Shown: positions 61,669 to 62,478 of the stretch, in pieces
How the letters are laid out: each line of letters begins with the position of its first letter
Numbering within the stretch: position 1 is the first letter of the stretch
From: Girardia tigrina
Taxonomy: Eukaryota
Reading direction: 5' to 3'
DNA length: 62,478 bases
NCBI GenBank assembly: GCA_001938485.1
Contig: MQRK01225273.1
Span: forward strand, 1-62,478
Program-made: the position numbers and the translations under genes
The notes under the pieces: generated by a model
Told to the model about the DNA's origin: nothing
The model's database searches: none
What the model saw: the letters and a program-made list of their open reading frames with translations, nothing else

Positions 61669-62257
61669 GTAAGTCAATATTTCAAAAATATGAAAATTAG
61701 GAAATAACAAATTATATCATTAATTTTTGTAAATTTTCTATTTATTTTATTATAATTATGTTATGCTTTTATTTATTTCACTAATAAAAAACACAAGTCC
61801 AAACCAAATCTACTGCGCAATGATTAAAAATTAATTATCATAATAATATAAATAATTTGAATTTCCGTGTCACTTTTGATTCTTAGGATTTTGGATAAAA
61901 ATATTTTTTTCCTTTCTTTTAATTTTAAATATATTTTTTTCGATTTAAAGAATAATTAGTTTTGTGTGGAGTTACTTCGAATGTTTTGACTAATTACCGG
62001 TTTGTTTTCCTGGAAATCCCAACACAATTATAATATTAGGAAAATTTGACTTTTATAAATAAATAATGAGGAAAAATCTTTTTACTGTATTGTTATAGTA
62101 AAATAAATAGCAATTTTTATTTATTTTATAGTTGTTGGATAAAGCCCTATACCATTATTATACCTTATACCATACCTATCTTTTAAATTAATCATTAACC
62201 CTTCAAATAGAAAGTTATAAGATAATATCATTTGAATAACGAATTATACCTTTTACA

Positions 62258-62331
62258 ATTCAATTTCACACAAATGAAAATCAATTTCACATTAATGAAA
62301 ATCAATTTCACATTAATGAAAATCAATTTCA
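62258..62331. repeat. 21-bp tandem repeat, about 3.5 copies
   Basis: AATCAATTTCACATTAATGAA repeated. Confidence 0.9.
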
Positions 62332-62478
62332 AAAAGTTGAATATATATATATATATATATATTAGGAGTACCCAAATGTTATGTCGTTTTTTATTGATTT
62401 TTAGAAACAAAAATAAAACCATATAAAACATTTATTTAATCAGAAAAATAGTCCCCATCGCAATCGATGACCTTTTCC

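Overview
This is AT-rich eukaryotic (metazoan) genomic DNA, not prokaryotic. The base composition, 47-54 nt minimal introns and mix of transposable elements (TEs) suggest a planarian-like invertebrate, but that is inference. One + strand gene spans almost the whole window: an atypical MAP kinase MAPK15 (ERK7/ERK8) orthologue. I reconstructed it by hand as 14 phase-compatible GT-AG exons from ATG 1527 to TAA 58546 (about 604 aa), plus a possible 36-nt cassette exon. About 1.8 kb of coding sequence sits in 57 kb of introns filled with nested mobile elements: three Penelope-like elements (PLEs) carrying hammerhead ribozyme motifs, two of them with inverted pseudo-LTRs; Mutator elements and MITEs with 9-bp target-site duplications (TSDs); mariner, pogo and DD41D elements; hAT elements; Gypsy elements, including a 1.4-kb gag-only derivative and solo LTRs; a Bel/Pao fragment; and an RTE-like LINE. 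The most notable observations are (i) a Mutator-bounded unit carrying a Bel/Pao polyprotein with tandem CCCH zinc fingers where gag CCHC knuckles and protease are expected, (ii) a tandem array of about 75-nt hairpins with a compensatory base change, (iii) intronic PLE hammerheads, and (iv) a 172-bp patch built from two exact copies of neighbouring sequence. N runs appear to be length-preserving masks and hide parts of several elements.
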